The notes beneath the pieces are model-generated. The model saw only the letters and a program-made list of their open reading frames with translations. It did not search any database and was not told the DNA's origin. Positions 55,946 to 64,000 of a DNA stretch of 64,000 nucleotides are shown here, piece by piece. Both the position numbers and the translations under genes were made by a program. The stretch is from Eledone cirrhosa (lineage: Eukaryota): NCBI GenBank assembly GCA_964016885.1, contig OZ024742.1, forward strand, positions 28,582,001 through 28,646,000. The letters run 5' to 3'. Positions within the stretch are counted from its first letter, which is position 1, and the number at the start of each line of letters is the position of its first letter.

Positions 55946-57066
55946 CCGGTAGATAATAGCAATGAAAAGACCAATGGAAACATTGTTTCCTTGGTCCGAT
56001 TTCAGGGGTTCCACCCCACTTGATGAGAGAATCGCGTCTTGAAATTTGTCGATCGATTATATCAATCGATCAATTAAACTCCATCTATTTTTACCACTCT
56101 AAACGCACCTATCATTATAGCTACTTGGTCTAGACCAGCTACGGCGACGGGGAGGGTTCCAATTGTTCAGACAATAACGTATACATGACAGAACATTTCA
56201 CAGACACGTGTACCCTTAAAATACTTCTTGAGGAGAAATAAGGTAACACAGTGTGTAACACAGCGTGTGACACAGTGTGTGACATGGCTAACCCCTTGAA
56301 TTCTGGTCACAACTCATAATCTCCAGCGAAGTAAATTGAAGCAACAAAGAATAAAGTGACTTTCTCAAAGACACAACACTGGCGGCAATCGAACTAAAGA
56401 CGTCACTACCATAAAACCAACACAGTAACCACTTAGGTACACATCTTCACCCCCTATTATTACAGATATTGGTTCAATCTCCACATTCAGTTATCTCAAT
56501 TTATATTTGGTTTATTTCTATAATTCTTTTAAAAATTCCGTATCATCTTTAGGGACTGTTACTTTGATAAAGCTGCACTTCCTTTCATGATGCCCCTCCC
56601 CACCTCACACCCACAGTCACACACTGAGAACAATATCCGTTCGATTAGCTTTGATCTTCATCTCCGTCTACATTGGCATATCGGAGATTATAGTCGTTTT
56701 GCCATTCTTTGATAATTTTCTTGTTCTCGTGTCTAAATTTGCCCAATCTACAAACCACACACACATACATACATACATCACACATATACATACACACACA
56801 CACCACACACATATACACACACACCACACACACATACACACACACGCACATACATATATAGACAGATACCACACACATACCTTCACACACATACACACAC
56901 ACATATATATATGTATATATGCACCTCACACGCACGTACATACACGCCCCCACATATATACACGTACATACCATACACAGACGCACCACACATATATACA
57001 CATACATATTTAAATTGATTTTAAGGCAAATTCAAAGCATTGTTATAATAACTTAAATCGCACTCA

Positions 57067-57098
<32 letters not shown>

Positions 57099-57154
57099 AC
57101 GAAGCAAATGTGGTAAGGAACCAGGTGAGCTCAGCCGTCGGGGTCCTACTCGTT

Positions 57155-57250
<96 letters not shown>

Positions 57251-57427
57251 TATATACATATACATATATATACATATATATATATATATGCATATATATA
57301 TATGCATATACATATGTATATATATATGTATATGTATATATATATGTATATATATATATACATATACATATATATATACATATATATATACATATACATA
57401 TATATATACATATATATATACATATAC

Positions 57428-57554
<127 letters not shown>

Positions 57555-57617
57555 CATACATAGATATATATATATACATACATAGATAGATATATATACA
57601 TACATAGATATATATAT

Positions 57618-57648
<31 letters not shown>

Positions 57649-57681
57649 AATATATATATATATATGCATACATATATATAT

Positions 57682-58075
57682 TGTGGCTGCCAACTCGTTT
57701 TCGAGTACGGCCACTACTTTATATCCATGTAGGAGAACCCTGAACGAGTGTGGCTTTTTAGTCCAGCCAGCGACTTGAAAACTCTGGTACAAACACTACA
57801 CTTGTGACAATTATTGACACATAGTGCTGGGCCCATGGTACCATGTGACGGCAAGTGCAGAGAGATCTCCAGATATAAAGCAATGCCTGTGCCGTGAAGC
57901 TTTTATAGTGAGCAAAGGCACTGTACAAAGCCAGTCTCACTCTCTTCACCAAGATGATATTAACCAAAAAGAAGAACAAGTCAACATCATTGGATACCAC
58001 CAGCGTTGCAGGTGTTATATCAGAGTTTTCCTTCTCCTAGAATTCTGCCTTGACAAAGGCTAAGGGGTCATCTCT
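57682..58075 (-). mobile_element. ~610-bp element, copy C (truncated at one end)
   Basis: Matches 41270-41675. Confidence 0.9.
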
Positions 58076-58131
58076 ATATACATACATACATAGATATATA
58101 CATACATACATACATATATATATTTACATAC

Positions 58132-58162
<31 letters not shown>

Positions 58163-58233
58163 CATACATATATATATAAATATACATATATATATACATA
58201 CATATATATATACATACATATATATATACATAC

Positions 58234-58282
<49 letters not shown>

Positions 58283-58324
58283 CATACATACATATATATA
58301 TACATACATATATATATACATACA

Positions 58325-58395
<71 letters not shown>

Positions 58396-58801
58396 ATACA
58401 TATATATACATACATATATATATATATACATACATATATATATATATACATATATATATATACATATATATATATATACATATATATACATACATATATA
58501 TATATATACATACATATATATATATATACATACATATATATATACATATATATATATACATACATACATATATATATACATATATATATACATACATACA
58601 TATATATATATATACATATATATATATACATACATACATATATATATATGTACATATATATACATACATATATATATACATATATATACATACATATATA
58701 TATATACATACATATATATATATACATACATATATATATATACATACATATATATATATACATACATATATATATATATACATACATATATATATTCATA
58801 C

Positions 58802-58840
<39 letters not shown>

Positions 58841-59034
58841 CATATATATGTATGTATGTATGAATATATATATGTATGTATATATATATATATGTATGTA
58901 TATATATATATGTATGTATATATATATATGTATGTATATATATATATGTATATATATGTATATATATATGTATGTATATATATATATGTATGTATGTATA
59001 TATATATATGTATATATATATATATGTATGTATG

Positions 59035-59068
<34 letters not shown>
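58076..59068. repeat. (TACA/TA)n microsatellite that inverts to (TATG/TA)n near 58845
   Basis: Direct inspection. Confidence 0.85.
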
Positions 59069-59069
<1 letters not shown>

Positions 59070-59630
59070 GATCGTTTCTAGGTGATAATAATACATCGTA
59101 TGCATATTTCGTTATCGATCTATGTTGGGTTAGTTACAGAATATCAGATAATGAATATATTTACCTACATGTATATTATCAGCCGTTTGTCAAAAGCAAT
59201 CAAATGCTTGTTAATTAACTTAAAGAATGAAAGAGATAGTTTTGTACTAATTGAAGCATTAACAATGGGATTATACCAGATATAGTTTCTACAACGTGAT
59301 TTATTTGAGTTTGGTGACGATTTTCCATTATTAGTATGTCTGGTGGTACTATCTGTGGGCGCTTGGATTTCTGTACCCCGGTTACATATTCTTTGATTGC
59401 GTGTGCCGCTTTGAGTGTTATGGAGATTCTTATCAATGTATTCTATTTTATCCCTGTCGTCTGCATTCCTTAATGCGTTATTATAGTATTCAGCATGTTC
59501 ACTGAAAATCTCAGAGTTAGAGGATAGGCGAGAGATTCTGAGAGAAATACTACGGGGAACCAATTTGATCATGGAAAGTGGGTGATTCGAATTAAAATGA
59601 ATATAGGTAAGGTTCTCATTTATCTTGTGA
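59066..59630 (-). mobile_element. PLE RT-thumb fragment related to element 2, with decayed hammerhead remnants
   Basis: SNHPLSMIKLVPRSISLRISRLSSN..HAEYYNNAL..YIWYNP; GAAA-TATGCATA and GAAA-CGATCG-TA at 59066-59115. Confidence 0.8.
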
Positions 59631-59919
<289 letters not shown>

Positions 59920-59940
59920 GTATATATATATATATGTATA

Positions 59941-59987
<47 letters not shown>

Positions 59988-60040
59988 ATATATGTGTATA
60001 TATATATATTTATATATATGTTTATATATATATATTTATA

Positions 60041-60123
<83 letters not shown>

Positions 60124-60151
60124 ACATATATTAATATATATATGTGTATAG

Positions 60152-60344
60152 AGTAATTGTTTCTACTTTTGGCACAAGGCCAGCAATTTCCCAGTGTATT
60201 ACTGGTACTTTATTTTATCGACCCCCGTAAGGATGAAAGGCAAAGTTAACCTCGGCGGGATTTGAACTCAGAATGGCAAGGGCCGTAACTCTATGCGTCA
60301 AAGCATGGCGTCCGACCCTCTACCGATACTGCCAATTCACCGCC
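60152..60344 (-). mobile_element. SINE family A copy
   Basis: Reverse complement of 51482-51676; ~20-bp TSD atatatgtgtatagagtaat. Confidence 0.92.
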
Positions 60345-60445
60345 ATATATGTGTATAGAGTAATAATAATAAATTTGAAGACTAAAATCCAAAGAGGGCT
60401 AGATAAGGATAAATATATATCAAATATATAAGAACCGTAGAGCAA

Positions 60446-60610
60446 ATATTTATTAAAATAACAGATTAAAGTTTAAGCAAAGAATCGCTGCTTTCACCCT
60501 TAACCGGATCTTCTGAAGATTTCTTCCTTAACGAGAGTTTCCGAAGATCCCGTTAAGGGTTCAAGCAGCGATTCTTTGCTTAAACTTTAATCTGTTATAT
60601 TAATAAATAT
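60446..60610. mobile_element. Fold-back element whose arms are hammerhead motifs
   Basis: Arms 60446-60517 and 60539-60610; GAGTTT-CCGAAGA-T-CCC(gttaa)GGG-T-TCAA-GCA..TGC-TT-AAACTT. Confidence 0.8.
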
Positions 60611-60871
60611 ATATGTATATATATATATTTATATGTATATATATATATATTTATATGTATATATATGTATATTTATATGTATATATATGTATATTTATAT
60701 GTATATATATATGTATGTATATATATATATATTTATATATATATATATATATGTATGTATAACTATATATTTACATGTATATATATATATGTATATATGT
60801 ATGTATAAATATATATTTACATGTATATATATATATTTATATATATATATATATATGTAGTTATATATATT

Positions 60872-61028
<157 letters not shown>

Positions 61029-61053
61029 CTATGTATATATATATATATGTATG

Positions 61054-61086
<33 letters not shown>

Positions 61087-61185
61087 GTGTATATATATAT
61101 ATGTATATATATATATGTGTATATATATATATGTATATATATATATATGTATATATATATATTTATATATATATATGTATATATG

Positions 61186-61220
<35 letters not shown>

Positions 61221-61229
61221 GTATATATG

Positions 61230-61520
<291 letters not shown>

Positions 61521-61528
61521 GTATATAT

Positions 61529-61660
61529 ATATTGTTATACTTGGGGAGGTTCATATTTGTGTAATAATATTGCCAGAATTAATAACAGAACACCCAAATA
61601 AATAAATAAAGATGGCGTTTGTATACAATACAACGGGCGGAAACATAATAGCACCACTGA

Positions 61661-61664
<4 letters not shown>
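61529..61664. mobile_element. Truncated relative of the 15114 fold-back element
   Basis: Same left-arm start; stops at atagcaccaCTGACGAT, followed by (TA)n. Confidence 0.75.
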
Positions 61665-61709
<45 letters not shown>

Positions 61710-62018
61710 TACATGTATATATATGTATATATATGTCACTATATTTCTCTGTTTCCCTTTCTCTCTACTCTCCCCGAGTCTTTCTATAGGTTAATTGTCC
61801 CCCCTCTCTCTAATGACCATTTAAAACTCTTCACATCAATATATATATATATATATATACATATATATATACACATATATATACATATATATATATACAC
61901 ATACACACAGACATATATACAAATAAATATATACATATATACATATACATATACACATATATACATGTTTACATATATACATTTATACATATACACATAT
62001 ATACATATAGATATATAC

Positions 62019-62080
<62 letters not shown>

Positions 62081-62635
62081 TAGTGTTGAGAAGATTAGAA
62101 ATAGGATAATGAAAGCGAAAGTTATAATCCATCGCACAAAGACAGCAATCTGAACGCAGCTAGTGAACCGACCAAAGGTCTCATCTTTTCAGGGATTCAC
62201 GGAATTTACAGAATGGAAGAAGCTAATCGTTTGTGCTATTCCCTTAAGTGCCATTTGCGCATGTGTGATGTGACTACATGTATGAATGCGCATATAAATG
62301 TATATGTATGTATATGTATGTATATGTATGTATATGTATATATATATATATGTATGTATGTATATATATATGTATGTATATATATATATTTATGGTTTTA
62401 TAAATATAGTTTCCATTTATTATTATCTTCGAATATTTACTCCAGTAACTTGTTGAGTGCTCTATATTAGTTATAAACATTTATGTTTGTCGGAACTCCA
62501 ACAAATAAAATACAACTCCTACATATATATATATATGTATATATAGATATATACATGTATATATATGTGTGTGTGTGTGTGTAAGTATGTATGTATGTAT
62601 GTTAGATATGGGAAGAACTCAATACAAGTTAATTG

Positions 62636-63010
62636 TAGAATAAATATTTATTGGGCTCGAGTGAATGGATTATGAAGTTCACTGCTTCATTGAGGTTTCC
62701 TCTCGTAGCACGTGGTTATCAACGTGACAGTCCAAGATGTAACCATTGCTGATTGTGAGGAATCTGAGCTTCCTATTCCCACAATGTATTGGCCCTCAGT
62801 CGGTTGCGACAATGAATGTTATAATGGCAGGAAAAAAATATCAGTAGATAACAATAGAAATGGCCAGTCAATTATGGGTATATATAATTCTCCATTGACT
62901 GATGAAATGACAAGTCGGTCAATCATATTGGTGGTCTCCCCACAACCCCAGCGGACAGAATGGAGAAGGCGTTTCCCCGGAGGACGGCAAGGGAGACAAT
63001 GCTATAATTG
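62636..63010 (-). mobile_element. 3' fragment of a CRE-like (RLE) non-LTR retrotransposon
   Basis: Minus strand VSLAVLRGNAFSILSAG..stop resembles the conserved RLE C-terminus (SxAVQRGNA). Confidence 0.5.
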
Positions 63011-63194
63011 GTGGATCAATGAAACAGAATGTTTTTGAAATTTACATGTAAGTGGCTGAACATTCCAGGTGAACGCATGATTCTGAGCATTGCCAGGTGA
63101 ACCCATGAAGCAATTCTCAGGAAGATTCAGCGTGACATATTGTGTAACAAGGCTGGCCCTTACGATTACCGGGTAGAACTGGTTTTTTGCCCGT

Positions 63195-63320
63195 TCTGGG
63201 GACTGGAGCAACGTAAAATAAGATGCATTACTCAGAAACATAACGCTTCACTAGGAATCGAACATACGACGTTAAAATGACGATCTGAACTCCCTAAACG
63301 TTACACCACGAACCTTCCCT
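63195..63320 (-). mobile_element. Old SINE family B-like head; similar remnants at 33015-33165 (+) and 56320-56450 (-)
   Basis: Antisense tRNA-like A/B boxes plus ttgctccagt core. Confidence 0.55.
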
Positions 63321-63797
63321 ATATTTCTCCACAATATATAGCATTTATTGGAGGCTGTGAATACAGACATTGTTTCTCAGAAATTCTTGTTTCTCCGAGA
63401 TCGGTAAGAAAGAAAATCTTGGAATCATAATTTGTTATTTCTGTTTCCAATAAATTATTCTACTCTAATTTAGTTATTGATTAAGCTATTTTCTTCTGTT
63501 TGTTTATACATACACGATCAGATCTCTCTCCCCTCTCCTCTCTCTCCCTTTCTATTCCCGTCTTTAAGGGTCTTCACCCTATTTTACAAGCAATTTAAAG
63601 GATCTCCGCGTATATGCACACCGTTCTTTATATACATGTAACACATTTTATCAAACTTTTGTTCCAACTTCTTTCTCCTACTCCTTCGTTCTTCCTCCCC
63701 AGCTCTCTAAAGCTCATTCACCCCTACCTCAATTCTCATTTACATAACACTTCCAGAGACACTACACACAACTACATCATCTACATATCTCACCATG

Positions 63798-63922
<125 letters not shown>

Positions 63923-64000
63923 TTAATAAATGAAAAATCAAACCACAGGAAGCAAAATTACAGTTATATTAGGTGCACGCTTGGAGGAAGTGGATATATA

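Noticed and set aside
62712-63038. 108-aa plus-strand ORF as a host exon
   Set aside because: No recognisable domain; the opposite strand carries a CRE-like retrotransposon C-terminal motif.

Overview
Repeat-saturated eukaryotic DNA. The SINE and RTE families and the (TA)n abundance point to an octopod cephalopod; this is inference from family resemblance, not a database match. No host protein-coding exon is recognisable. The window contains: four 5'-truncated RTE-clade LINEs, whose RT carries an inserted PHD-type zinc finger, plus many RTE 3' fragments; one full-length CsRn1-like Gypsy LTR element (TG..TA LTRs, tRNA-Trp PBS, 4-bp TSD) with a SINE in its integrase; two Penelope-like elements (PLEs, RT + GIY-YIG) and further PLE fragments; two tRNA-derived SINE families; Helitron-like, Tc1/mariner and CRE-like remnants; minisatellites; and one 200-N gap. 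The main hidden signal is about 15 type I hammerhead ribozyme motifs, several with intact cores. Many sit inside short non-coding fold-back (inverted-repeat) elements from several unrelated families, in or next to (TA)n tracts. Other candidates are tandem H-type pseudoknots in the RTE/SINE 3' tail and a structured ~610-bp non-coding element present three times.
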